DNA from: Methanocaldococcus jannaschii DSM 2661
GTDB taxonomy: Archaea > AGJL01 > Methanococci > Methanococcales > Methanocaldococcaceae
Assembly (NCBI RefSeq): GCF_000091665.1
Contig: NC_000909.1
Location: 1,026,629 to 1,058,628, forward strand
Direction: 5' to 3'
Length of the DNA: 32,000 bases
Positions within the stretch are counted from its first letter, which is position 1; every line of letters begins with the position of its first letter. The notes beneath the pieces are model-generated. The model was given only the letters and a program-made list of their open reading frames with translations, was not told where the DNA came from and did no database searches. Below, piece by piece: positions 9,220 through 19,221 of the stretch. The translations under genes were made by a program, and so were the position numbers.

Positions 9220-10245
9220 TTATGGATTTAACCCTACATCAAATAACCCCTCTTTTTCATCAAATCCAAACATTATATTCATGTTTTGTATTGCTTGCCC
9301 ACTCGCTCCTTTAACTAAATTATCTATTGCTGAGATAACTACCAATCTACCATGCTCATCAATCTCAAATCCTCCGATATCACAGAAGTTTGTTCCTCTA
9401 ACCCATGTTAATTTTGGAATCTCTTCTGAAAATATCCTAACAAAAACCTCACTCCCATAGAATTTTTCATAAATCTTAATTATCTCCTCTCTATCAACAT
9501 CTTTAGCTAAGAATGTGTGTGCAGTTGTTAAAATTCCTCTTGTTATTGGAGCTAAGTGAGGAGTGAATGAAACCTTAGCCTTTCCAAGCTTTTTTAACTC
9601 CTTCTCAATCTCTGGAGTGTGTCTGTGGGTTGTTATTTTGTATGGGTTTATATTTTCATTTACATTTGGGAAGTGGGTTGTTTCCGTTGGCTTTATTCCA
9701 GCTCCACTAACTCCCGTTTTTGAATCAAATATAATCCTTTCCTCTATAATATTCTCTTTAACTAATGGAGCTACTGCCAAAATAGCTCCAGTTGGGAAAC
9801 ATCCAGGATTTGCTACAAGTTGAGCTTCTTTTATTTCCTCTCTATGTAATTCTGGCAATCCATAAGCAATTTTTACATCAGGTAATCCTTTATGTTTTAT
9901 CTTATAGTATTTTTCATACAAGCTTAAATCCTCAAATCTATAATCTCCACTTAAGTCAATAACTTTCATCCCTCTCTCAATAAAATCTGGAACTATATCC
10001 ATTGAAGCTCCGTGTGGAGTTGCAGTAAATACCAAATAAGCATCAACCTTATCAATATCTCCAGTAAAACATAGGTTTTTATACTTTTCAATACCTTTTA
10101 AATGAGGATGAACTTTAAAAACATGCTTTCCAGCTTCTTTTCTTGAGGTTATATATGTTACATTAACTTTTTCATGATTTGCTAATAATCTCAATAACTC
10201 TGCCCCAGTATAGCCAGTAGCCCCAATTATAGCAACTTCTTTCAT
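9220..10245 (-). CDS. argC: N-acetyl-gamma-glutamyl-phosphate reductase
   Basis: [14 protein letters not shown] Rossmann motif and active-site [10 protein letters not shown] place the start at the ATG 10243-10245 (MKEVAIIG), which is preceded by GGTGAAAGG. The 34 codons upstream in the track look like a non-coding extension. Confidence 0.9.
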   Translation of the reverse strand: MKEVAIIGATGYTGAELLRLLANHEKVNVTYITSRKEAGKHVFKVHPHLKGIEKYKNLCFTGDIDKVDAYLVFTATPHGASMDIVPDFIERGMKVIDLSGDYRFEDLSLYEKYYKIKHKGLPDVKIAYGLPELHREEIKEAQLVANPGCFPTGAILAVAPLVKENIIEERIIFDSKTGVSGAGIKPTETTHFPNVNENINPYKITTHRHTPEIEKELKKLGKAKVSFTPHLAPITRGILTTAHTFLAKDVDREEIIKIYEKFYGSEVFVRIFSEEIPKLTWVRGTNFCDIGGFEIDEHGRLVVISAIDNLVKGASGQAIQNMNIMFGFDEKEGLFDVGLNP

Positions 10246-10374
10246 CCTTTCACCAATTTTCTTTTTATTATTAGGATTTTCTTTGGGAATAAATATCCTA
10301 ATTAATATTAATAATATTTCCAGACTTAACTTAATTATAATTCTCAATGTATAATTTAAGATTTTTTATAAAAC

Positions 10375-10436
10375 CTTTGAACGAACCTTATAGTAAGAGG
10401 AATATAATGAATGGCTTCTATAGGAAGGCGTTTAGA
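10375..10436 (+). repeat. Degenerate copy (C) of the hairpin repeat seen at 5155 and 13770
   Basis: TGAATGGCTTC-TATAG-GAAGGCGTTTA (10408-10434) resembles the A/B hairpin but has mismatches. A second weaker half-copy, TTGAACGAACCTTATAG, lies just upstream. Confidence 0.35.
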
Positions 10437-10568
10437 TTTTATTAGTTTTTAATAAACTTTTTGTAAAAAAACAGGATTTTAGATGGATTCCTTTTAAATC
10501 TAATAGATGCTCTTTATAATATTTTCAGTTTAAAAAATAAAAGAATAGATAAAAAATTAAAGATTGGA

Positions 10569-11885
10569 TTACAATAAATGTGGTGGAACTATATCCTTAG
10601 CAATTAAATCAGCATAAGTTTCCCTCTCTCTAATTAAGAATACTCCCTTCTTACTTGTTAAAACCATTCTTGGTCTTCCTCTTGCGTTATAGTTGTTAGC
10701 CATACTAATTCCATAAGCTCCAACATCAAATATAGCCAATACATCACCAACCTCTACTTTGTCAAGCTCTCTATCTCTACCAAAAACATCACTACTCTCA
10801 CATAAACCTCCTGCTATGCTTACAACCTCTTTTTCATTCTTAACTTTGCAGTTTATTATATGATGATATGCCTCATACATTGCCGGTCTCATCATGTCAT
10901 TCATTCCAGCATCGATCATAACCCATTTTGTTACTGGTGTTTCTTTTATGTGATGAACTTTTCCTAATAGATAGCCAGCAGTAGCTACCAAACTTCTTCC
11001 AGGCTCTAAGATGAGATTTGGCATCTCTACTTTATCTTTGTATTTTAACATTGTGTTTATTATTGCATCAGCTAAATCTTTTTGAGTAGGGATTTGTTTA
11101 TCTTTGTAGTAGGGAATTCCTAAACCTCCCCCTAAATTGACATCTTCAATCTCAATGCCCTCTTCTTTTAATTCAACAACAAAATCCATAACTTTCCTTG
11201 TTTCTTCAATAAATGGGCTTATATCTGTTAATTGAGAACCAATGTGGCAATGAACTCCAACAACATTCACATACTCCATCTCTAAAGCCATTTTTATTGC
11301 TTTCATTGCAATTCCTGATTCAACATCCAAACCAAACTTGTTTTTCTTTAAACCAGTTGAAATCTTTGGATGTGTCTTTGGATTGACATTAGGGTTTATT
11401 CTGAAAGCTACATTAGCAGTTTCTCCCAACTCTTTTGCTGTCTCATTTATTAAGATTAATTCGCTTATACTATCAACATTGAAAGCCCTTATATTTGCTT
11501 CAATACCCATTATAATTTCTTCTTTTGTTTTACAATTTCCGTTGAAAACAATTTTCTTTGAAGGAACGTTTGATAGCTTTGCTATATACAACTCTCCTCC
11601 ACTAACAACATCTGCTCCACAGCCAAGTTTAGCTAACAATCTTGTTATAGCTAAGTTTGCATTTGCTTTATATGCATAGGCAACAATAAACTCCTTCCCA
11701 GTCTCTTCTTCCCATCTTTTGAAAGCTTCAATGTATCTGTTGTAATTTATCTTTATTTGCTCTTCTGACATCACATATAAGGGGGTTCCAAACTTCTCTG
11801 CTAATTCAATTGCATCATACCCATCTATGAAGAATCTTCCATCCTTTATCTCTACTGTGTCATTACCTAAAAACATTATTTTCAC
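10569..11885 (-). CDS. lysA: Diaminopimelate decarboxylase
   Basis: PLP-lysine region AYAYKANAN, GGGLGIPY and CESSD motifs. The track start is a GTG at 11885. The ATG at 11876 lies 5 nt after GGTGA and is an alternative start. Confidence 0.92.
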   Translation of the reverse strand: MKIMFLGNDTVEIKDGRFFIDGYDAIELAEKFGTPLYVMSEEQIKINYNRYIEAFKRWEEETGKEFIVAYAYKANANLAITRLLAKLGCGADVVSGGELYIAKLSNVPSKKIVFNGNCKTKEEIIMGIEANIRAFNVDSISELILINETAKELGETANVAFRINPNVNPKTHPKISTGLKKNKFGLDVESGIAMKAIKMALEMEYVNVVGVHCHIGSQLTDISPFIEETRKVMDFVVELKEEGIEIEDVNLGGGLGIPYYKDKQIPTQKDLADAIINTMLKYKDKVEMPNLILEPGRSLVATAGYLLGKVHHIKETPVTKWVMIDAGMNDMMRPAMYEAYHHIINCKVKNEKEVVSIAGGLCESSDVFGRDRELDKVEVGDVLAIFDVGAYGISMANNYNARGRPRMVLTSKKGVFLIRERETYADLIAKDIVPPHLL

Positions 11886-11915
11886 CCAATTCTTTATATG
11901 ATAAAATAAAAATAA

Positions 11916-11992
11916 CGCCCGGGAGGGGATTTGAACCCCTGAAAAAACTGGCTCCGCAGGCCAGCGCCCTATCCTGGCTAGGCGACCCGGGC
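11916..11992 (-). tRNA. tRNA-Arg (anticodon GCG), no encoded CCA
   Basis: Hand fold of the minus strand: GCCCGGG-TC-GCCT-AGCCAGGATA-GGGC-G-CTGGC-CTGCGGA-GCCAG-TTTTTTC-AGGGG-TTCAAAT-CCCCT-CCCGGGC-G. All stems pair, the D loop has GG and the T loop is TTCAAAT. The variable region is unusually 7 nt. Confidence 0.85.
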
Positions 11993-11993
11993 T

Positions 11994-12758
11994 CTATATT
12001 ACATCCCATGATTTCAACCATTGGTAATCATGTAAACATCTTACTTTATTCCTATATGAAGGTGGTATAAATGGTTCAACTATACTACAAAAAGCATGCA
12101 CTTGCTTACTTTTAAATAACCTCAAATATCTGTATTGATGTTTCTTTGAAATACGAAAATCAAATCCATACAATAATTTTAGTTTTTGTTGCAAAAACTT
12201 ATTTTCATCCAATGTAAAGCCATGTGTAGATAATTCTAACTTATAACCATTTTTCTGTTTTGTTAAGCTTCCATCACCAAGATACCACTGTGCTAATCCT
12301 TCATCATTTATTACCAAATCATTCGGTATCCTTTTTATTCCATCTGGATACCATCTTTCCCTTAATTGCCTAAACAATTCATACCTACTCGTTGATAAAA
12401 CATATAAATCAGCAATTACCTCAGAAGTTCTACGCTTATACTTATAACAGTGAAAATATACATTAAGCCCAAATTGTTGGAATCGATGTTTGACATATTC
12501 TAACCAATCATATCGCTTATTCTGTGTAATCAATAAGTTTCCTTTTTCCGTAATACATGCGTCACCAAGTAACAATCCATCGATAAATGTACGCAAATCT
12601 TCAGAAATGTTATCTAAAGTATAATCATCACACATTTTTACATCTTCCCTATATATACCATGCTTTTGCCTTGCTCGCACAACTGTTGCCTTACCACAAC
12701 CAATCAAATATGCAATTTCCCTATCACTCAGACCTTCAACAATATACTTTTCATACAA
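11994..12758 (-). CDS. Double-motif LAGLIDADG-type homing-endonuclease-like protein with N-terminal HTH
   Basis: Two LAGLIDADG-like motifs (FIDGLLLGDACI and LAQWYLGDGSL). The second is followed by the typical STHGFTLDENKFLQQKLKLLYGFDFRI segment. N-terminal HTH-like LSDREIAYLIGCGKATVVRARQKHGI. The only in-frame start before the HTH is a TTG at 12756-12758 with a weak SD. The stop TAG is 1 nt from the tRNA 5' end. Confidence 0.7.
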   Translation of the reverse strand: MYEKYIVEGLSDREIAYLIGCGKATVVRARQKHGIYREDVKMCDDYTLDNISEDLRTFIDGLLLGDACITEKGNLLITQNKRYDWLEYVKHRFQQFGLNVYFHCYKYKRRTSEVIADLYVLSTSRYELFRQLRERWYPDGIKRIPNDLVINDEGLAQWYLGDGSLTKQKNGYKLELSTHGFTLDENKFLQQKLKLLYGFDFRISKKHQYRYLRLFKSKQVHAFCSIVEPFIPPSYRNKVRCLHDYQWLKSWDVI

Positions 12759-12824
12759 CCAACCATAAGGAATAACCCATTCTTTTTTTATTCTTCTTAT
12801 ATGGATGCAACATATTCATCATCT

Positions 12825-12856
12825 CGCCCATGCTATCTGGCTAGGCGACCCGGGCT
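12825..12856 (-). pseudogene. Duplicated 5' fragment of tRNA-Arg (acceptor 5' strand plus D arm)
   Basis: Minus strand AGCCCGGGTCGCCTAGCCAGATAGCATGGGCG versus intact gene AGCCCGGGTCGCCTAGCCAGGATAGGGCG. Twenty nt are identical (12837-12856 = 11974-11993) and the match then diverges. No anticodon or T arm follows. Confidence 0.8.
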
Positions 12857-12872
12857 TTATCATTTCTACGCC

Positions 12873-12881
12873 TATTAATAA
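12873..12881 (-). promoter_or_regulatory. TATA-box-like element upstream of the tRNA 5' fragment
   Basis: Minus strand TTATTAATA spans about -26 to -18 relative to the first base of the fragment, with an A-rich stretch upstream. No comparable element lies at the right distance before the intact tRNA. Confidence 0.4.
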
Positions 12882-12985
12882 GCAATTTTTGTTCTTTTAT
12901 ACTTCTTTTCTATTGATACTCAATCATACTTAATAAAATTTCCCTAACATTATAAAAAGAAAACAAAATTAAAAATTATAAAAAT

Positions 12986-13693
12986 TTACTTACAAAGCTC
13001 CTTTAACTCTTTAACTAACTCTCTATCTATCCTGCCGTTATTTCTATCCCCTCCTTTACAAGCTGCTCCTCTAACACCAACTATGTCAGTTCCAATCTCT
13101 TTTAAAATTGGGATGTGTTCTTTTTTTATTGAACCAGCCAAAGCACACTTCAATCCATAGCTGTGAGCTTCATCAACAAACTCTGCTAAAATCTCTTTAC
13201 TTTGGAAATCAAATAATGTTTTTCCATCCTTTATTGCAGTATCTAACATTGCAACATCACAACCTGCATCTCTCGCAATTTTTGGGACTATTAATGGCTC
13301 AACAGCTCCAACTCTATAGGCATCAGCATAACCAGCTGCTACAACTATCTTATTTTCATCAATATCCTTAACAGCTCTAACAACATTTTTCATTAACTCA
13401 ACTGCCTGATAGTAGTTTTTAACTCCATACAATCCAACTTTTATATAGTCAGCTCCACTTATTGCTGCTCCAACAGCAGCTAAAGAAATTGTTCCTGGCT
13501 TATAAGGGACGTCTCCAACTGTAGCACTCACCAATAAATCTTTTGGTGTCACTTCCCTAATTGCCTTAATCATCCATGGAAAGTTAGCTCCTAAAGAACC
13601 TTCTTTTGGGTTTTTCACATCTATAATGTCTGCTCCTCCAGCTATTGCCTCTTTTGCTTCTTCAACATCTATAGGGCTTACTAATAGTATCAT
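12986..13693 (-). CDS. mfnB: (5-formylfuran-3-yl)methyl phosphate synthase (methanofuran biosynthesis)
   Basis: 235-aa TIM-barrel-like ORF starting [36 protein letters not shown]. It matches my recollection of the MfnB/UPF0264 family. GGGTG SD upstream. Confidence 0.8.
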   Translation of the reverse strand: MILLVSPIDVEEAKEAIAGGADIIDVKNPKEGSLGANFPWMIKAIREVTPKDLLVSATVGDVPYKPGTISLAAVGAAISGADYIKVGLYGVKNYYQAVELMKNVVRAVKDIDENKIVVAAGYADAYRVGAVEPLIVPKIARDAGCDVAMLDTAIKDGKTLFDFQSKEILAEFVDEAHSYGLKCALAGSIKKEHIPILKEIGTDIVGVRGAACKGGDRNNGRIDRELVKELKELCK

Positions 13694-13769
13694 ACATTAC
13701 ACCCATGATATTGATTTCAAAAATGATTAATGACAATATATATAAAAACTTAATGTTTTAAAATTTTAA

Positions 13770-13837
13770 TGTCTTTCAAAAGTATTAAAATTAATAAGGA
13801 ACACTTGAACGTCTTCTTATAGAAGGCGTTCATTAAT
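13770..13837 (+). repeat. About 70-nt intergenic repeat with 11-bp hairpin, copy B
   Basis: Aligns with 5155-5223. Stem 13806-13816 pairs with 13822-13832; loop TTATA. Confidence 0.6.
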
Positions 13838-13898
13838 ACCTCAATTATTACAAAATGTTTTGATTATTATCTTTAATGATTATAGCAAAGGTGATTAA

Positions 13899-15245
13899 AT
13901 GGGAAGATTATTTGGGACTTCTGGAATAAGAATGAAAAATTTATCTCCAAAAATTGCCTATAAAGTTGGATTAGCAGTGGCAAAAAAATATAAGAAAGTT
14001 GTAGTTGGGAGAGATACAAGGACTACAGGAAAATTAATTGAAACTGCATTAACAGCAGGAATCTTAAATGGTGGGGGGGAAGTTACAACTATAAACATAG
14101 TCCCAACACCAGTTTTAGGTTTTAATGCACGAAATTATGATGTTGGCATAATGATTACTGCCTCTCACAACCCTCCAGAATACAATGGAATAAAGCTCTT
14201 CAATAAAAATGGTTTAGCTTTTAATAAAAAAGAAGAGGATGAGATAGAGGAGATTATATTTAAAGAAGATTTTATTGAAGTTGAGTGGCATAGTGTTGGC
14301 GAGATTTGGGAAGATAGCAGGGCGATAAGGAACTATATGGAACATATTCTTAAAAATGTTGAGATAAATGAAAAATTTAATGTGGTTATTGATTGTGCAA
14401 ACGCCTCTGCTTGTTTAGTATCTCCATATTTATTTACAGATTTAGGATGTCATGTTATCTCAGTTAATAGTCACATGGATGGGAGATTTATTGGTAGATT
14501 ACCAGAGCCAGATGAAAAAAACCTCAAAAAAACTATGGATATGATTAAAGGCCTAAATATGAGTGGAGATAACTACATTGGCATAGCACACGATGGAGAT
14601 GCAGATAGAATGGTAGCAATAGATGAAAAGGGAAGATTAGCTGATTTTGATAAGCTATTAGCTGCTTTCTCAAGATATATGGTTGAAAAAACTGGAAACA
14701 AAAAGATTGTTACAACAGTTGATGCTTCAATGATTATTGATGAGTATTTAAAAGATTTAGATGTTGAGATAATAAGAACAAAAGTTGGGGATGTGGCGGT
14801 TGCTGAAGAGATGATTAAAAACTCTGCTGTTTTTGGTGGAGAGCCAAGTGGAACGTGGATTCATGCTGATATCCATCTAACTCCAGATGGAATTTTGAGT
14901 GGGCTGAGAGTTTTAGAGATGTTAGATTTCTATAACAAAAAATTATATGAAATATTGGATGAAATCCCATCTTATGTAAATTTAAGGGAGAAGATTCCAT
15001 GTGAAGATGATAAAAAAGAAAAAGTAATGAGTTATGTTATTGAAAATGGAGAGAGTTTATTTAAAACAGTTCCTGAGACCGTTGATGGAGCAAGATTTAA
15101 CTTAGAGAATGGATGGGTTTTAATAAGACCTTCGGGAACTGAGCCATACATAAGGGTTAGAGTTGAGGCAAAAAATAACAAAGATGCTAAAGAGTTGTTA
15201 GAAAAAGGGATAAAGTTAGTTAAAGAAGCTTTAAGTGCTTTATAA
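13899..15245 (+). CDS. glmM: Phosphoglucosamine mutase (phosphohexomutase family)
   Basis: Active-site TASHNPPEYNGIK and metal-binding DGDADR. Immediately upstream of glmU. GGTGA SD. Confidence 0.88.
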   Translation: MGRLFGTSGIRMKNLSPKIAYKVGLAVAKKYKKVVVGRDTRTTGKLIETALTAGILNGGGEVTTINIVPTPVLGFNARNYDVGIMITASHNPPEYNGIKLFNKNGLAFNKKEEDEIEEIIFKEDFIEVEWHSVGEIWEDSRAIRNYMEHILKNVEINEKFNVVIDCANASACLVSPYLFTDLGCHVISVNSHMDGRFIGRLPEPDEKNLKKTMDMIKGLNMSGDNYIGIAHDGDADRMVAIDEKGRLADFDKLLAAFSRYMVEKTGNKKIVTTVDASMIIDEYLKDLDVEIIRTKVGDVAVAEEMIKNSAVFGGEPSGTWIHADIHLTPDGILSGLRVLEMLDFYNKKLYEILDEIPSYVNLREKIPCEDDKKEKVMSYVIENGESLFKTVPETVDGARFNLENGWVLIRPSGTEPYIRVRVEAKNNKDAKELLEKGIKLVKEALSAL

Positions 15246-15272
15246 AACTATTTTTAAATTTTGGTGATATAA

Positions 15273-16499
15273 ATGGATGCCATAATATTATGTGCAGGGA
15301 AAGGGGAGAGATTAAGACCTCTAACAGAGAACAGACCAAAACCAATGATTCCTATAGCTGGAAAGCCAATTTTACAACATATTATTGAAAAAGTTGAGGA
15401 TTTGGTAGATAATATTTACTTAATTGTTAAGTATAAAAAAGAAAAGATTGTTGATTATTTTAAAAACCATCCAAAAATCAAATTTTTAGAGCAGGGAGAA
15501 ATAGATGGAACTGGACAGGCAGTTTTAACAGCCAAGGATTATGTAGATGATGAATTTTTAGTTATAAATGGGGATATTATCTTTGAAGATGACTTAGAAG
15601 AATTTTTAAAATACAAATATGCTGTTGCTGTTAAAGAGGTAAAAAATCCAGAAAACTTTGGAGTTGTAGTTTTAGATGATGAAAATAATATTATAGAACT
15701 CCAAGAAAAGCCAGAAAACCCAAAATCAAATTTAATAAATGCCGGAATATACAAATTTGACAAAAAGATTTTTGAATTAATTGAAAAAACAAAGATTTCT
15801 GAAAGAGGAGAGAGAGAACTTACAGATGCAATAAAACATCTTATTAAAGAAGAAAAAGTTAAAGGAATTAAGTTAAATGGTTATTGGAACGATGTTGGAA
15901 GACCATGGGACATTTTGGAGGCAAATAAATATCTCCTGGATAAAATAAATACAGATATCAAGGGGAAAATTGAAGAAAATGTTGTTATTAAAGGAGAGGT
16001 TATAATAGAAGAGGGAGCAATTGTTAAAGCAAATTCAGTTATTGAAGGGCCTGCAATTATTAAAAAAGGGGCTGTTGTGGGGCCGTTAGCTTATATAAGA
16101 CCATATACTGTTTTAATGGAAAATACTTTTGTTGGAAATTCATCTGAAGTTAAGGCAAGTATAATTATGAAAAATACAAAAATTCCACATCTATCTTATG
16201 TTGGAGATAGTATAATTGGAGAGAACTGCAATTTTGGTTGCAATACAATAACTGCCAACTTAAGATTTGATGATAAACCAGTTAAAGTCAATATAAAGAG
16301 TAAAAGGGTTGAGAGCGTTAGAAAATTGGGAGTTATAATGGGAGATAATGTTAAAACAGGTATTCAAGTCTCTTTTATGCCAGGGGTTAAAGTTGGAAGT
16401 AACTGCTGGATTGGGGCAAGTTGTTTAATTGATAGAGATATAGAAAGTAATACATTTGTTTATAAAAGAGATGAGCTGATATTTAGAAAATTGAAATAG
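15273..16499 (+). CDS. glmU: Bifunctional sugar-1-phosphate nucleotidylyltransferase/acetyltransferase (GlmU type)
   Basis: N-terminal ILCAGKGERLRPLT NTP-transferase motif plus a C-terminal left-handed beta-helix with hexapeptide repeats. GGTGA SD. Confidence 0.85.
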   Translation: MDAIILCAGKGERLRPLTENRPKPMIPIAGKPILQHIIEKVEDLVDNIYLIVKYKKEKIVDYFKNHPKIKFLEQGEIDGTGQAVLTAKDYVDDEFLVINGDIIFEDDLEEFLKYKYAVAVKEVKNPENFGVVVLDDENNIIELQEKPENPKSNLINAGIYKFDKKIFELIEKTKISERGERELTDAIKHLIKEEKVKGIKLNGYWNDVGRPWDILEANKYLLDKINTDIKGKIEENVVIKGEVIIEEGAIVKANSVIEGPAIIKKGAVVGPLAYIRPYTVLMENTFVGNSSEVKASIIMKNTKIPHLSYVGDSIIGENCNFGCNTITANLRFDDKPVKVNIKSKRVESVRKLGVIMGDNVKTGIQVSFMPGVKVGSNCWIGASCLIDRDIESNTFVYKRDELIFRKLK

Positions 16500-16509
16500 A
16501 AGAGTGTTA

Positions 16510-16604
16510 TGCCCTATATTGGTATATCTCCAAGAGACATTAAAAGGGGCTGTAAGCCCCTTCTTAATGTATCCCGGGTATACCAATAGGGCAGAGCCCT
16601 ATGG
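16510..16604 (+). repeat. GC-rich hairpin element, copy E1
   Basis: The outer stem TGCCCTATATTGGTATA (16510-16526) pairs with TATACCAATAGGGCA (16579-16593). It encloses the hairpin CATTAA..GGGGC-TGTAA-GCCCC..TTAATG. The terminal hairpin is CCAATAGGG-CAGAG-CCCTATGG (16583-16604). Confidence 0.7.
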
Positions 16605-16615
16605 TGGTGAAATTA

Positions 16616-17086
16616 ATGATTATAGGAGCTAATACATCAAAAAACTTTTTTGATAATTTAGAAGAGGAGCAGATTCAACAATGTGGGATAGATTTGAGAG
16701 TTTGGAAGATATTTAAAATAGAGGGAGAAGGGGTTATTGATTTCTCAAATGAGAAAAGAAAGCTACCAAACTACATAGAGATATTCAACTCTGAAAAAGA
16801 TGAACACATAAAATTAGATAGAGGAGTTTATATTGTAAAGGTAGCTGATTATATAAAAATCCCAGAAAATGTAGCTGGCTTTGCATATCCAAGGAGTTCT
16901 CTGCTAAGAATGGGGGCAACTTTATACTCTGCAGTTCACGACCCTGGCTATGAAGGAAGACCAGAATATTTAATGCAAGTTTTTAATCCAATAACCATCT
17001 ACAAATATGCAAGAATTGCCCAGATTGTTTTTGTTGAGTGTAGAGATGTTAAAGGAGTTTATGAAGGAATTTATAAAGGGAGATAA
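16616..17086 (+). CDS. dut: dUTPase / dCTP-deaminase-fold nucleotidohydrolase
   Basis: GFAYPRSSLLRMG and HDPGYEGRPEY motifs of the trimeric dCTP deaminase/dUTPase fold. The ATG at 16616 is preceded by GGTGGTGA. The track start at 16601 lies inside element E1. Confidence 0.8.
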   Translation: MIIGANTSKNFFDNLEEEQIQQCGIDLRVWKIFKIEGEGVIDFSNEKRKLPNYIEIFNSEKDEHIKLDRGVYIVKVADYIKIPENVAGFAYPRSSLLRMGATLYSAVHDPGYEGRPEYLMQVFNPITIYKYARIAQIVFVECRDVKGVYEGIYKGR

Positions 17087-17093
17087 GATAAAA

Positions 17094-17360
17094 TTATGGG
17101 AAATAATCATATATGCTTTTTCTATGCAATACTCTTCTAAAAATAATCGTATCTCCATTAACCTCAATACCTATTCTATAATTTCCTACTCTAATCCTAT
17201 AATAATTGTGATAGCCCTTTATTTTCTTAATATCTAACTTTAAATCATTTAATGAGTTAGAATTTTGACATTCTTCAATTATTAGCTTTATTCTTTTTCT
17301 TATATGCCCTGGAACATGCTTTAAATCCTTAACAAATGTTTTAGCAAATAACACTTTCAT
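17094..17360 (-). CDS. relE: RelE/ParE-family toxin
   Basis: 88 aa with the pattern YRIRVGNYRIGIEVNGDTIIFRRVLHRKSIY, typical of RelE. Its ATG overlaps the stop of an upstream small ORF. Confidence 0.85.
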   Translation of the reverse strand: MKVLFAKTFVKDLKHVPGHIRKRIKLIIEECQNSNSLNDLKLDIKKIKGYHNYYRIRVGNYRIGIEVNGDTIIFRRVLHRKSIYDYFP

Positions 17361-17518
17361 TTATCTCCCAATAATTCCTTTATTTCATCATAAGTCAATA
17401 ATTCATCATCTTTTGTTTCCTCCATAGCTTTAGCCAAGCCAATATCTAAAATTTCCTCAATCTTTTCATATTCTTTTCTGCTGATGAAAAATTTTTTAAA
17501 TCTCTTTTTGAGCCTCAT
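17357..17518 (-). CDS. relB: Putative RelB-like antitoxin (53 aa, not in ORF track)
   Basis: My translation is MRLKKRFKKFFISRKEYEKIEEILDIGLAKAMEETKDDELLTYDEIKELLGDK. Its stop TGA overlaps the relE ATG (ATGA). Size, position and the acidic C-terminus fit an antitoxin. Confidence 0.6.
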   Translation of the reverse strand: MRLKKRFKKFFISRKEYEKIEEILDIGLAKAMEETKDDELLTYDEIKELLGDK

Positions 17519-17599
17519 ATTATCCTCAAATTAACGTTTTATAATTGTCTTACCGCATTTTAATATATATAATTTTAAGTATATATACCTTATCCAAAA

Positions 17600-19167
<1,568 letters not shown>

Positions 19168-19221
19168 AGTTTGACACCAAAAAACTTTAATTATAGGATT
19201 ATTTTTTCATAATATTCATCA

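Noticed and set aside
10246-10347. 34-codon N-terminal extension of argC in the ORF track ([19 protein letters not shown]...)
   Set aside because: The extension is low-complexity and AT-driven. The internal ATG at 10245 has a good SD and begins directly at the conserved Rossmann motif.
12800-12825. C-box-like ATGATGA just after the tRNA fragment (minus strand) as a possible C/D-box sRNA. Other ATGATGA/GTGATGA hits occur at 493-499, 3474-3480 and 19446-19452.
   Set aside because: No D box (CTGA) lies at the 50-60 nt spacing expected for archaeal C/D sRNAs. The nearest CTGA is about 85 nt away inside the ORF. The other hits are inside coding sequence or are SD/start regions.
11916-12856. Reading the 5' tRNA fragment, the LAGLIDADG ORF and the downstream tRNA as one tRNA gene with a giant ORF-containing archaeal intron
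   Set aside because: The downstream tRNA copy is complete on its own, with both acceptor strands present. I also could not find a bulge-helix-bulge motif joining the fragment to the downstream copy. Insertion with duplication is the simpler reading. RNA data could still reopen this.
16492-16613. A possible target-site duplication (TGAAAT) flanking element E1
   Set aside because: Only 6 bp match in very AT-rich sequence, and removing the element would not restore a sensible glmU stop. It is not comparable to the 14-38 bp duplications around E2-E4.
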